Part shown: in pieces, positions 1 through 12,568 of the stretch | Layout of the letters: every line of letters begins with the position of its first letter | Position numbering within the stretch: position 1 is the first letter of the stretch | The notes under the pieces: model-generated | Database searches by the model: none | Told to the model about the DNA's origin: nothing | What the model saw: the letters and a program-made list of their open reading frames with translations, nothing else | Position numbers and translations under genes: made by a program | NCBI RefSeq assembly: GCF_001194135.2 | Contig: NC_068998.1 | Location: 15,238,085-15,281,011 of the forward strand | Length of the DNA stretch: 42,927 nucleotides | From: Octopus bimaculoides | Taxonomy: Eukaryota | Direction: 5' to 3'

Positions 1-49
1 CCTGATGGGCCGGGGGTAGATGTGAAACCAAATGTGAATTGAAAGTAGT

Positions 50-82
50 AGTAGTGGTGGTGGTAGTGCTGGTGGTGGTGGT

Positions 83-113
<31 letters not shown>

Positions 114-135
114 CTATGTTGTTGGTGATGATGAT
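50..135. repeat. (GGT)n/(GAT)n microsatellite
   Basis: Direct reading: gtggtggtggtg... grading into gatgatgat. Confidence 0.9.
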
Positions 136-619
136 GATATTAGCATTTAAGAATAACGAGGAAAATTAATGGAGATGTAGATATAAAAGAAAAATTGCTA
201 ATGGAAGTTATAAACTGAAATAATAAATTAACAACAAATTATACATTGTGAAATACAGAATGTAGTGAGATTCAAACGTTATATAATGATATACTGATAT
301 AATGTTAGAATACTAAAAAGTAATCTATCACATAAATAATGAGTGAAATAAAAATGTAGTGGAATAAGAATATAAGAGGGGAGAAAGAAAGAAAGACACT
401 GAAGTTGAATAAGTGGTGATCAGTGGGTATAAGTGTATCATCAATAACTGCGAGGATTTGAAGAGGTTCAAAACATGGTAGTTTGTGAACAAGTTATAAA
501 ATAGATAGTATGTGCAAGACTAGGGATGGGACAAAAGCAGAGGAAAATATAATGAGCAAGAATTAGATTAGAAGGGGGCTGTGTGGGAATCAATAATGGG
601 GAAACTAAGGATGTTTAAA

Positions 620-850
620 GATGGAAAGGTTGTGGTGATCATTTTGGTGGGGTTGTCCTTGTTATTGGTAAGGTTTCAGATAGGCTTAAAAGTTTTGAAG
701 AAATTATGGCTGCATGAGGTCCTGCAGAGTGTCTGTTTAGAAGGAGTTATTTAGCATGCAGAACATCGTGTGTCTCTACAGGACAGAAAGTGCAGGATTT
801 TTGGGTTCTAGTGAAATTTAGCATTGGTAGCAACTTTCCAATTTAAACTG
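620..850 (-). mobile_element. Highly degenerate Penelope-like RT C-terminal remnant
   Basis: The minus frame gives CTFCPVETHDVLHAK*LLLNRHSAGPHAAI, weakly like the PLE segment RRICTIV...LLNRHYP...AAI; it carries stops and frameshifts. Confidence 0.3.
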
Positions 851-988
851 TAAAATATATTTCTCTCTTCTTAATCCTTTCTATACATATGCATATATAT
901 ATATGCTTACATGGAAAATCGACGTTAAATGATGATAATGGTGATTTCAAATGCTGAGCCTTACAAAGGAGATGATAGATGACCAAGA

Positions 989-1270
989 TATGTGGCACAT
1001 TGCTCTGTGCTCAAGAAGACTCCCCCACTACAACAAAAGTGGGATCCTAAAACCAAGGTGGCACATAAAAAGCACTGGTGATAATTAATGCCATGTAAAA
1101 ATCTCCCAATACATTCTGTAAAGTGGTTGGCATTAGGAAAGGTATTCAGCTGCAGAAACCAAGCAAAAACAAACTATGGAACTTAGTGCAGCCCCCTAGC
1201 CTTGCCAGTTCCTGTCAAGACATCCAACCCATGCCAGCATGGAAAATGGATGTTAAATGTTGATGATGAT
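989..1270 (+). mobile_element. SINE family D (tail aacccatgccagcatggaaaatggatgttaaa-(gat)n)
   Basis: The same body and tail recur at 18990-19305 and 30250-30680 and, inverted, at 14845-14975, 35903-36140 and 37805-37985. Confidence 0.75.
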
Positions 1271-4111
1271 AAATATGTATATTTGAAAGTCTATCAGAAT
1301 TACTTAACACAGTTTTGAAGTGTAAAGGTGATTTTGTTTTTTGAAATTTATTTTTTTTAAAAACATTATGAGATCTTTTATCAGGATGTTTACACACACA
1401 TATGTATATGTACGTATACTTATATATAAATGTATATACATATGTCTGTGTTTGTATGTGCATGCATATTTTCTTGTTGGATTCAACATATGAGGGTCCA
1501 ACAACATTTTTCTTTTAGACTGTATATCTATGCCTCTTATAACACTTTAATCTAACCAACTTAAATCCACAGATTAGACATATGAAAGGATTGTTAAACA
1601 AAACAGCTGACACATTTGAGACTTTGCCTTTTCTCTCTCACTTCTAAAGAACTGATCTAGATAGCCCAATTCATAGTTCTTTATGGCTCTTTAGCAAATT
1701 AATCTCCATTTCTATACTCAAGTGTACATTTAGCCATCATTACAAGGAGTAAATATTTACAGACCAAAAATTGTAACAAACACTGGTTATAGTTTTGAAT
1801 CTGACAAGCTTCGTAGTACTTTGCTGCTTGGACACATTGTTGTAATTTGCACATTTACTCTTCTCTCTCTCTCTCTCTCTCTCTNNNNNNNNNNNNNNNN
1901 NNNNNNNTATATATATATACTTATTTTCATTGAATACCAATGTCTAAATGGCTAGCAGAAAGGCAACGTGCTAGTGGAAAAACCAAAGAAACATTTTGCA
2001 CTAAGTACATCAAAGAAAGTAGAGTTAATAGGAATTTAAATGGATTAATAGAGATCAAACAGACTCTGCTTAACAAGTGTATTATTTGTATCTCTTAAAT
2101 ACAGTCTCAGATAAAATCTCAACAGGCCAAAAAGAAACAGACACTATGAAAATATGATTTCTCTTTCTTTGCCGATATATGTTGTATGTATGAGTGTGTG
2201 TGGGGGAGTGTGTACACTTACATACACACACACGCGCACACACACACGCACACACACACACAAACACAATTATGTGTGTGCGTGTAAGTGTGTGTGTGTG
2301 TGTGTGTGTATTACCATTCTTGTATGACAAAAAGAAAATGGAGAAATTGATATATAGGCATTAATTTATTAGAACATTTTCATTTTCAAACAATATCAAA
2401 CCAATTGCACCTACAATTGTTTCCATGCCCCACCAATTCAATTTAAGAAATTAAATTAAATTAAATTAAATTAAACTTTCATGTTGAATATCATTAATTG
2501 GTCATTTCATCAGGAGAAGAATTTGATAGAAAGGAGCTACATTCCAGTGTGTTGTTTGACCCTTGTTAGACTCAGAAAAGTACATTTCAGCAACCAATGT
2601 ATTTAAAAACTGTTACTTGTATATAGGTATATGCAAATTAGTTAATGCATCTGTTTGCATGTGCATGTAATGTGTTGAAAAACAAAAGTATCCATTAGTT
2701 AACTTAAACAATACTTCAATAAGATTACTTTATCTAGAAACTAAAAACAATATTCCTAATTTACATTAATATTTATGATAGATCAAAATGTCAATAAAAT
2801 ATTTAATCACTTAAGAAATTTGTTTTAAGTCACCCAGTTGTAATCTCTAGTAATTACAACTAAATAAATTATTATTATTATTATTATTATTATTTATTAT
2901 TCATTATTTATTTTCATTTTAAAACATAGTTATGTATATGTAATACTTTTTTATGTATTTGTGTGTGCATTTGTCAATGTATTGACAGATACTGGACGAT
3001 GACGAACCAAAACTGTTCACTATTTAGCAAAGTTGAATATTACGCCATCTGCACAATATATTTATAATAGTGAGAATAGATGCAAATGGGCATAATTAAG
3101 GAAAGTATTAATGTTAACAAATCAAAATTGATAGAAATTAAAACCATTATTAAATTAATACATAGTATCTTTAACTTAAAATTACCTGTTACTTTATTAA
3201 TAATAATCACAGATTCCTCAGATACGTACTTAAATTAATGTCTCAGCAACCTTTGTATAATACAGTTACTTGTAAATAAAACCTTATATTTATATTTACT
3301 ATTTATTTTATATTTTAATATTAATATATTAACTACTAAGAATTATTTAATCTTTTTAGTTACAACTATTAGTATATTAATCCTAAGATACCACCTAATT
3401 TATAGTCCTAATAATCCTTACATTATATTTAATGGTAATTTTTGAAAACATGTTTACAGGCATGAACACAAGATAACCTACTCTTTTTTTTTTTTGGGTG
3501 TTAAGGAGTCTTTGTCTAGAATTTAAGATTTGAAATAACTCATCTACACAAAGAAAACATATCACCCCTACTCACATATTTCACATTCTTTTACTCCCTA
3601 CCCTCTTATCTCTCCTGTCCCTCCCCCTGCCTCTCCCTTCCTCCCATCACATTAACTTGACCACCAAGTAACACTCCTTTCTCACCTCTTTTTTTTTTAC
3701 TTTTTGTCTTTTTTCTCCCTTTTTTTCTTTTTTCTAATCATANNNNNNNNNNNNNNNNNNNNNNNNNNNNNNNNNNNNNNNNNNNNNNNNNNNNNNNNNN
3801 NNNNNNNNNNNNNNNNNNNNNNNNNNNNNNNNNNNNNNNNNNNNNNNNNNNNNNNNNNNNNNNNNNNNNNNNNNNNNNNNNNNNNNNNNNNNNNNNNNNN
3901 NNNNNNNNNNNNNNNNNNNNNNNNNNNNNNNNNNNNNNNNNNNNNNNNNNNNNNNNNNNNNNNNNNNNNNNNNNNNNNNNNNNNNNNNNNNNNNNNNNNN
4001 NNNNNNNNNNNNNNNNNNNNNNNNNNNNNNNNNNNNNNNNNNNNNNNNNNNNNNNNNNNNNNNNNNNNNNNNNNNNNNNNNNNNNNNNNNNNNNNNNNNN
4101 NNNNNNNNNNN

Positions 4112-4352
4112 NTGTGTGTGTGTGTGTGTGTGTGTTTGCGTGTCTGTGTTTGTCCTCCCACCATTGCTTGACAACCGATGGTGGTGTGCTTACGTCCCCG
4201 TAACTTAGCAGTTCGGCAAAAGAGACCGATAGAATAAGTACTAGGCTTCCAAAGAATAAGTCCTGGGGTCGATTTGCTCGACTAAAGGCCGTGCTCCAGC
4301 ATGGCCGCAGTCAAATGACTGAAACAAGTAAAAGAGTAAAAGAGTAAAAGAA
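4112..4352 (+). mobile_element. SINE family A, 3' half with (agagtaa)n tail
   Basis: Near-identical to 23460-23684; the 5' half is lost in the N gap. Confidence 0.85.
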
Positions 4353-4748
4353 TACATTCTCAAATTTTCATTCACACCATAAAACCATTTCGAACGAGCA
4401 ACACTGATTCCACAGCTCCATACTTTGAAATGACTAAAAATGAACTGCTATTGGAACTTACATACCATGTACAGGAAACTTTTTTAATACTTCAATACAC
4501 CATTTTCCTCGAATAGTGGAACTGCAACTACAATATCTTTATATATCTTATTTCTACTTTCATTCTCTTATGTCCCTCTATATTCCCTATCTCCTCCTCT
4601 TCCACAATAATTCCGACTCAAATATTTTCTCACACCGTCTCTGATGAAGGGATATCCATAATATCCTTGAAACAGCTGTAAGACATTTTTCATTATAAAT
4701 GTCCTGAAAACTCCTCACAGCCTTTGCTTTATTATCTCATTCTACCTA

Positions 4749-4760
<12 letters not shown>
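4353..4760 (+). mobile_element. Probable Penelope-like element 3' end / pseudo-LTR
   Basis: It contains the hammerhead motif typical of PLE pLTRs. An upstream frame RATLIPQLHTLK* weakly resembles a GIY-YIG C-terminus, followed by a pyrimidine-rich spacer. Confidence 0.5.
4637..4684 (+). ncRNA. Minimal type I hammerhead ribozyme motif
   Basis: GTCT (stem I) CTGATGA AGGGATA-TCCATAA-TATCCTT (stem II) GAAA CAGCTG TA AGAC (stem I). The core is intact, stem III is palindromic, and the cleavage triplet is GUA at 4678-4680. Confidence 0.8.
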
Positions 4761-4783
<23 letters not shown>

Positions 4784-5400
4784 NNNNNNNNNNNNNNNNN
4801 NNNNNNNNNNNNNNNNNNNNNNNNNNNNNNNNNNNNNNNNNNNNNNNNNNNNNNNNNNNNNNNNNNNNNNNNNNNNNNNNNNNNNNNNNNNNNNNNNNNN
4901 NNNNNNNNNNNNNNNNNNNNNNNNNNNNNNNNNNNNNNNNNNNNNNNNNNNNNNNNNNNNNNNNNNNNNNNNNNNNNNNNNNNNNNNNNNNNNNNNNNNN
5001 NNNNNNNNNNNNNNNNNNNNNNNNNNNNNNNNNNNNNNNNNNNNNNNNNNNNNNNNNNNNNNNNNNNNNNNNNNNNNNNNNNNNNNNNNNNNNNNNNNNN
5101 TTTTTACTCACATATATATAAGTAAATATATATTGTATATTCCATATTCTATATCCCACATTAATTTTACAAGAATATAAATAAAACATAAAAAACAGAC
5201 AGAGTTGGAACTCTTTTAAACAAAATAATATATTCCTCTATACACACAATCATACAAAACCCCTTTTTTTGTATTTATTTTTACTCACATATATATAAGT
5301 AAATATATATGGGTAAAAATTATTAAAGATAATAGTTTATACCAGTGGCCAGCATATGTAAAAAATTGTCCATAGACCATAATATATTTTTATATATATA

Positions 5401-5679
5401 CGTGTGTATAAATTACACACTGAGAGGAGAACCACTAGGAGGTCTCCTTGCATGCTGAAAAGAGATGTTAAATCCCCAAACCATGAAAAATACATTCTTA
5501 GAACATTGACTGTCGGTGGGCAAAACAATTTGGTCTTTTTAATTTTTCAAATTGTCTTGCCCGCCGACAGTCAACATGCTAAGAATGTATTTTTTGTGGC
5601 TTGAGGATTTGACATCTCTTTTCAGCACGCAAAGAGACCTCCTAGTAGTTCGCCTCTCAGTGTGTAATTTATTTACATG
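5401..5679. mobile_element. Foldback MITE (132-bp inverted arms, 15-nt loop, TA flanks)
   Basis: 5401-5532 is the reverse complement of 5548-5679 with about 17 substitutions and no indels; TA lies on both sides. Confidence 0.8.
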
Positions 5680-6609
5680 TATATAAAGAGTTATATATAA
5701 TATACATGTATTTATAAACATGTGCATATATATATATATCTTTATATATGTGTTTGTTTGTTTTGCATCCATTTTTCTATGCTGGTATGAGGTAGATGGA
5801 CACTTATTGGAGACATTATTTTTAAAGGCAGACCCTCTTCCTGTCACCAACACTTAGCTGTTTCACACATGAGGCTTTTAATTTCTAAAAGATCACTGAA
5901 TCAGTATGAAAAATATCACTACTATCAGTTGGCCTAAGTTTCATTGGTTACAGAGAAGCTCTGATAATAGATTAAACTGTCCCTTTTATTACACAGAAAT
6001 TCTTACTCTAAAATGTATTGCCGTTAAGACAATATACGTGACTGTATTTAACAAATGTGCTTTACACATAAGAAATCTTTGTCAATCTGCCTTGCAGACA
6101 CTAATTACCATAATTCTACCATTTCAACTGTTAATGACACTAAATAAATTACTCAATGTACTGATATTGATATTATAACACTATGTTCTCAGGAAGAGAG
6201 CAATAATAGCAAAAATATCCTATCATCAACTACAATTAGCATTAAACGTTAAATTCTTATGTATAAGTATCAATTTCTTGTATATCATTATATTATATAT
6301 ATTTGTCAGAAATAAATGTATATATGTGTGTGTATAAGTGTGAGACTGTAATTCTTGTAGCTTTCAGTAAATCATAAACAAATATAAGTACAGTGAAGGT
6401 TAACTATAGTTAAAGAGAAAATATTACTACTTCAACATCAATGATCAATAGAAGAACTACAAACACAAAAATAAATAGATTTCAACTGCCATCTGTGTGT
6501 TGTGAAGTAATATCACTATTTCTTGTTTCCTACTTTGACAAAGTATTAATGTAATGCCTGTTAGATTTAACACTAAAAGTTTAAATTCATTTTCTTTTCA
6601 AATTCTACT

Positions 6610-6720
6610 ACTGACAGACAGACAGACAGATAGAGAGATGGATGGAAGGATGGATGGGTGAATGGATGGATGAATGGGTGGATGGATAGATGGATGGATG
6701 GACAGACGGATGCATGCATG
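6610..6720. repeat. Compound (GACA)n/(GATG)n microsatellite
   Basis: Direct reading. Confidence 0.85.
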
Positions 6721-6800
6721 CACAGAGAGACACAGAGAGAAACAGGTGAAAAGAGAGAGAGAGAATTAAATTAATAGACATATGTAGACAAACTACCAAA

Positions 6801-7147
6801 CATAGCTGTGTGGTTAAGAAGCTCACTTTGCAACTAAGTGGTTCCAGGTTCAGTCTCACTGCATGGCACCTTGGGCAAGTGTCCCCTATTGTAGTTCCAA
6901 GTCAACCAATACTATGGGAGTGAATTTGGTAGATGAAAAGTGTGTGATAACCCATTGTGTATGTGTGTGTGTCTTTGTGTGTGCTTGTCTCCTGGCCACT
7001 ATTTCACAACTAGTGTTAGTCTGTTTATATTCCTATCACTGAGTGATCTGGCAAAAAAAAGCAAAAAAAAAAACAATAGAATAAGTGCCAGACATTTGTT
7101 TGGCCAACCCTTCAGAGTAGCGTCCAGGCATGGCTGCATTTCAATGA
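6801..7147 (+). mobile_element. SINE family A, diverged full-length copy
   Basis: tRNA-like head gctgtgtggttaagaagc...ggttccaggttcagtc, a CORE-like gcaccttgggcaagtg segment and an internal (GT)n. Confidence 0.8.
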
Positions 7148-7546
7148 GGGGACAATTCCAGAAGGCAACATTCTAAGAAGGACGGACTGTGTGTAGTGTG
7201 CAGAGCCTGGAGAAGTGACCACACCAAAAGTGGATGAGAAGAGGAGACACAAGTGGGTCAGGAATGCCTGAATAGAGATAGCCAGCCAGTACTGAAGAAT
7301 AAAGGTAATTAAAGTACCAGTTGAAAGAGCAGAACATCAAGACATTTACAAACGTGCCAATCCTTCCTTGATATTGTCTAAAATGTCTTTGTGTACTGTA
7401 GAAGTTCTTGAAGTCAATCACGGCATTTTTTGTTTTTATTGTGTAACTTGTTATCTTTTGGTTTTTATGTGTAACATAGCATTTTATTTTTGCTGAGTAA
7501 CTTGACATCATTGTGTTTTTGACATGGGTGACTATTTGCAATAACA

Positions 7547-7872
7547 ACATGGTTCCAGGTTCAGTCTCACTGCATGGAGCCTTGGGCAAGTGTCTTCTAC
7601 TATCGCCTCAAGCTGACCAAGAACTTGTAAAATAGATTTTATAAATGGAAACTGAAAGAAAAAAAAACCTGTCATATATGTGTGTGTGTGTGTGTCTGTC
7701 TGTCTGTGTTTGTCCCCCACCACCAGTTGACAACCACTGATGATGTCCCCATAACTTGGTGGCTTGGCAAAGGAGACTGATAGAATAAGTACCAGGCTTT
7801 AAAAAAAATAAGTCCTGTGGTGCCCCAGCATGGCCTCAGTCAAATGACTGAAACAAGTAAAAGATAAAAGAC
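7547..7872 (+). mobile_element. SINE family A
   Basis: Colinear with 23258-23684 and ends in gaaacaagtaaaagataaaag. Confidence 0.85.
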
Positions 7873-9371
7873 ATATTTACGGATTCCTATATATTAGAGG
7901 CAACAAATCTCTTCTTGGCATGTGGCTGGCTGTGATAAGGTTCAACAAGGCTGAAATGCACCCAGTATTCTTGCTCACCACTGCTGGAATTTTTTTTTTG
8001 CCTCTGATATATATTGTTTTCAAACTCAGCACATCCATCACAGATGTTATCTCTGGACAAATACTACAGTAAATTGCCCATCAACAATGTATTAAGTATG
8101 ATACATAGATGGTGTTTATAACAAGTTTTGTTTTTATTTGTAACATGTTTCTATTGTTAACATTAGTCTTTATTTTTATTGTGTAACATGATGTTATTTG
8201 TTTTTATCATATCACAATATGTTATGTAATGAGACATCTTTTATTTTTATTTCTTTTATTAAGTAACATGATAATTCCATTGAAATATCATTTTATATTT
8301 ATTAAATAACATATATTTGGTATTTATCATGTAACACAACATCTTTAACTTTTATTCTATAATATATCTTTAATTTAATCATCAAACCTGATATCATTTG
8401 TTTTTATTGTGTAACATGTTTTTTTTTTGGGGGGGGGGGTTCATCTTGACAGGTATCTTTCATTTTTAGCTTGAAACTTTAGCTAATAAGGAAAATACTG
8501 ACCAAACCACATGGAAAAAAAATCACTATATCTCTATTTTCATCACTCGAAAAATTTAAACAGCAGCCTCAACATAGCAAGCAAAAAGGGTTAAACAGGA
8601 TATTTAGAGTCTGAACACAAACACTATTTTCCCTACTCTCTAATTCCAATTTATCTTAATATAAAATTAGGNNNNNNNNNNNNNNNNNNNNNNNNNNNNN
8701 NNNNNNNNNNNNNNNNNNNNNNNNNNNNNNNNNNNNNNNNNNNNNNNNNNNNNNNNNNNNNNNNNNNNNNNNNNNNNNNNNNNNNNNNNNNNNNNNNNNN
8801 NNNNNNNNNNNNNNNNNNNNNNNNNNNNNNNNNNNNNNNNNNNNNNNNNNNNNNNNNNNNNNNNNNNNNNNNNNNNNNNNNNNNNNNNNNNNNNNNNNNN
8901 NNNNNNNNNNNNNNNNNNNNNNNNNNNNNNNNNNNNNNNNNNNNNNNNNNNNNNNNNNNNNNNNNNNNNNNNNNNNNNNNNNNNNNNNNNNNNNNNNNNN
9001 NNNNNNNNNNNNNNNNNNNNNNNNNNNNNNNNNNNNNNNNNNNNNNNNNNNNNNNNNNNNNNNNNNNNNNNNNNNNNNNNNNNNNNNNNNNNNNNNNNNN
9101 NNNNNNNNNNNNNNNNNNNNNNNNNNNNNNNNNNNNNNNNNNNNNNNNNNNNNNNNNNNNNNNNNNNNNNNNNNNNNNNNNNNNNNNNNNNNNNNNNNNN
9201 NNNNNNNNNNNNNNNNNNNNNNNNNNTTCTATTTCCTTATCTATATCTAAATTATTTTAGGTCATTTTTTTTTTCTCTTTAGTATTACCAGAAGAGAATA
9301 TTCTTTTCTCTTGGTAATGGTGAAAAACATCCATGTGTGACAAAACTATATATATAACTTCTTCTTTTTCC

Positions 9372-9485
9372 TCATCATTGTCATCATCATTTTAACATCC
9401 ACTTTTCCATGTTTTCATGGGTCGGATAGACTTTACTGAGTGCAGATTTTCTACAATCAGATGCTCTTCCTGTCACCAACCCTTA
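9372..9485 (-). mobile_element. SINE family D 3' fragment
   Basis: Reverse-complement tail catcatcattttaacatccacttttccatg. Confidence 0.7.
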
Positions 9486-9554
9486 CCAAACAGCTTGACA
9501 TTTAGATCATTATAGATATTACTGATAGAATGCAAAGAAACAGAACATTCTGTC

Positions 9555-9700
9555 AATCCACTGCCCTGGATTGGTACTTCTTGATCAACCCCAAAAAGGA
9601 TAAAAGGCAAAGTTGACCTTAGTAGAATTTGATCTCAAAGCACAGACAGTAAGAACAAATACTGCAAAGAATTCTATCTAATACTTTAGTAACTCTTACA
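9555..9700 (-). mobile_element. SINE family C, diverged
   Basis: ggtactt...accccaaaaaggataaaaggcaaagttgacct matches the reverse complement of the family C core. Confidence 0.7.
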
Positions 9701-9942
9701 ATTTGCTGCTTTGTTCTCCATTGTATTTTTTATTTAACTCTTTAGCATTTAAACTGGCCATATCCAGCCTGAACATTCTACTTGTTTTATGTTCAAACTG
9801 GCCTGATCTGGCTTCTCACACCTACCTACAATGCCATTCAAAGACTAAACAATCATCCCGTCGAAATGTCAAAGCTATGAAATAATGCATGATTAATTCA
9901 AAACAAGGTGTACAAATAAACATTAAATTTGACAGAGTATGG

Positions 9943-10048
9943 ATGGGAACATGGAACATCAGGACCATGTTTGAAACCAGAAAAACAGCACAGGTTGCTG
10001 TTCAGATGTGGCTATAAGCTTGCAGTACTAGGCCTTTGAGCAGACTAA
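9943..10048 (+). mobile_element. RTE-type LINE apurinic endonuclease N-terminal remnant
   Basis: MGTWNIRTMFETRKTAQVAVQM then, after a frameshift, YKLAVLGL. This fits the APE motif GTWNVRT...YxLxILGxSE. Confidence 0.7.
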
Positions 10049-10615
10049 CCTATTCTTTCTCTCTCTCTCTCTTTCTTTTCCTTCTTTCTACACAGTACAT
10101 ATATAGTTTTAAGCTTTGTCTACTATTGACTAGATTAATATAAAACATATTAAATATAAATAATAGAAAAAAAATAACTATTTGAAGCTACCTAGTCTTA
10201 ATAATGAAAGTATTCTAATGTCTTCACATAATGCAATATATGGCTTTTTGACCCTCAGGTCACAATTTCATACTATGATCTGTATTAATGATATAAGCTC
10301 ATAATTTTATAACGTCATTTTCAATAACACTCACTATGGCATGAAATTCAAACTACTTGGTTTCCTCCCCCCCCCCCCACATGGTCTCTTCTCCACCAAA
10401 CCCTCGTCATTTGTATGTGAAATTTATTGCATTGCTCCCAATATATCAATCTCACCATATTTATTCTATCATTAGAAACAACACCACTGTTCCATCCTGA
10501 TATAGCCAAAGAGATTTATGTGGCTGAATCTCTCTCTATCACTCTCAATCTTTCCCTTCTTTCTCATTCTCACCCCCTCTAAACATTTTTGCTTTTTCTA
10601 CTTACTCTGCTTACT

Positions 10616-10616
10616 T

Positions 10617-10670
<54 letters not shown>
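10616..10670. repeat. (CT)n microsatellite
   Basis: Direct reading. Confidence 0.95.
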
Positions 10671-10675
<5 letters not shown>

Positions 10676-10945
10676 TGCCACCTCCTTTATTTCTCTTTCT
10701 CCACATCTCTCACTTAATCTTACATTTATGTTCCTTTCAATATTCATTTATTCCTTTTTTCTTTCTCGACATTCACATTTTTTTCTTTTCTTTNNNNNNN
10801 NNNNNNNNNNNNNNNNNNNNNNNNNNNNNNNNNNNNNNNNTAAGTACCAGTTTCATACTGGGGTCGATCTAATAGACTGTCCCCCTTCCCCCAAAATTTC
10901 AGGCTTTGTGCCTAAAATAGAAAAAAAAAATATTCTCTTGCTCTA

Positions 10946-11160
10946 AGGCAGTGAGCTGGCAGAGTGGTTAGCATGCCGGGCGAAATGCTTAGCGGTATTT
11001 CGTCTGTCTTTACTTTCTGAGTTCAAATTCCACTGAAGTCAACTTTGCCTTTCATCCTTCCAGGGTCAATAAATTAAGTACCAGTTTCATACTGGGGTCG
11101 ATCTAATAGACTGTCCCCCTTCCCCCAAAATTTCAGGCTTTGTGCCTAAAATAGAAAAAA
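10946..11160 (+). mobile_element. SINE family C (tRNA-derived)
   Basis: Head ggcagtgagctggcagagtggttagcatgccgggcgaaatgcttagcggtatttcgtc and core gcctttcatccttccagggtcaataaattaagtaccag; tattctcttgctcta occurs on both sides. Confidence 0.85.
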
Positions 11161-11255
11161 AAAATATTCTCTTGCTCTATTCCCCTCTCTATCTTTCTCT
11201 TCGCTAACACTCTCTTTCTATCAATCCATCCCCTCTCTTTCACTTTCTATCCACC

Positions 11256-11286
<31 letters not shown>

Positions 11287-11432
11287 TCATTTCTCTCTCT
11301 TTCTCTCTATCCATTTATGTATGTATGTCCCTATCTACGTACCTATTCATTTTCTATTTATGTATCTCCTCTATCTATCAGTCTACCTACCTATCTATCA
11401 TTCTCTCTCCCTATTTATTTATCTCTAGCAAT

Positions 11433-11845
11433 TTACTCTTTTACTCTTTTATTTGTTTCAGTCATTTGACTGCGGCCATGCTGGAGCACCGCCTTTAGTC
11501 GAGCAAATCGACCCTAGGACTTATTCTTTGGATGCCTAGTACTTATTCTATCGGTCTCTTTTGCCAAACTGCTAAGTTACGGGGACATAAACACACCACC
11601 ATCGGTTGTCAAGCGATGTTGGGGGGACAAACACAGACACACAAACACATACACACATACATATATATATATATATACATCTATACACACACACATTTAT
11701 GTCTAACAAATCCTCTCACAAAGGTTTGGTCAGCCCAGATGCTGTAGAAGACACTTGCTCAGGTGTAACACAGCAGAAATGAACCTGAAACCATGTGGTT
11801 GGGAAGCAGACTTCTTAACCACATAGCCATGCTTACACCCATACA
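11433..11845 (-). mobile_element. SINE family A
   Basis: Reverse-complement copy from the ttttactc tail to the accacatagccatg head. Confidence 0.85.
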
Positions 11846-12184
11846 CACACACACATATGAAGAGAAAGAGAAATATTGTATGTATGTATATATATCACAC
11901 CAGACAAAAGATTCGTGGAGAAAGTGATTCAAATCCATATAATACATGTATAATGGCTATTCCTAGACAGCCATCATAGCTTTTACTACTTCTCATGCTA
12001 TTATTCACTATGATGGCATCAACAAAGTATCATAATCTTCACCATTATCATCATCACGCTCATCGTCCTCATCTGTCACTATCATCAACAATAATGTCTT
12101 TATTATTATCATTTTCATTGCCACTACAGTCACCATCACCAACATGACCATTACGATCTTAATCGTTTTTCTTATATAAACCAA

Positions 12185-12390
12185 CGGAGGAGCTGTAATG
12201 CAGTTGCTCAGCTTGCTAAAAATAACAACCAAATCTCCTTCAGATCACATCTTACTTGTCTTAGAAGAAAAGGAACACATTACATAATATAGTTTTGGGT
12301 GTACAGTGTCAAGAAAAAGATGGAATGGTCACAGTTGGAATGCTTTTGATCACGTGTCTGATCAATAAGTGCTAATCTGGAGCTAAGGCC
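12185..12390. mobile_element. Dispersed repeat family F
   Basis: Shares ggaatgcttttgatca and caaccaaatctcc segments with 24080-24290, 29762-30006 and 31314-31600. Confidence 0.6.
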
Positions 12391-12568
12391 ACAGCAAGGC
12401 CCAGTCCTTGTTGTGACATTGTAGCCTGTGTGATTCGGTGATCCAGAGGAACTAATCCAGAAGAACACAAGCTCCCTGTAGGACTTCCCTTTCTGGATAG
12501 GTTAAAAGACAGAGGCCAGACTAATATGAGCCACCGCTTCCCAGAAGTAAAAATGGGTTTGTGTAGGG

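Noticed and set aside
3040-3500. AT-rich stretch with faint ND5-like hydrophobic translation (possible NUMT)
   Set aside because: Stops occur in all frames even with the invertebrate mitochondrial code in mind, and no mitochondrial motif is recognisable.
8560-8620. Minus-strand LFACYVEAAV resembling the missing PTB segment HFVCYVFEAA
   Set aside because: An in-frame stop lies just after the only good acceptor and another right after the match; it overlaps a ttaaccctt motif typical of repeats.
10841-11179. Perfect 105-bp direct duplication (10841-10945 = 11075-11179)
   Set aside because: It is 100 percent identical and starts exactly at an N gap, so it is most likely an assembly artefact.
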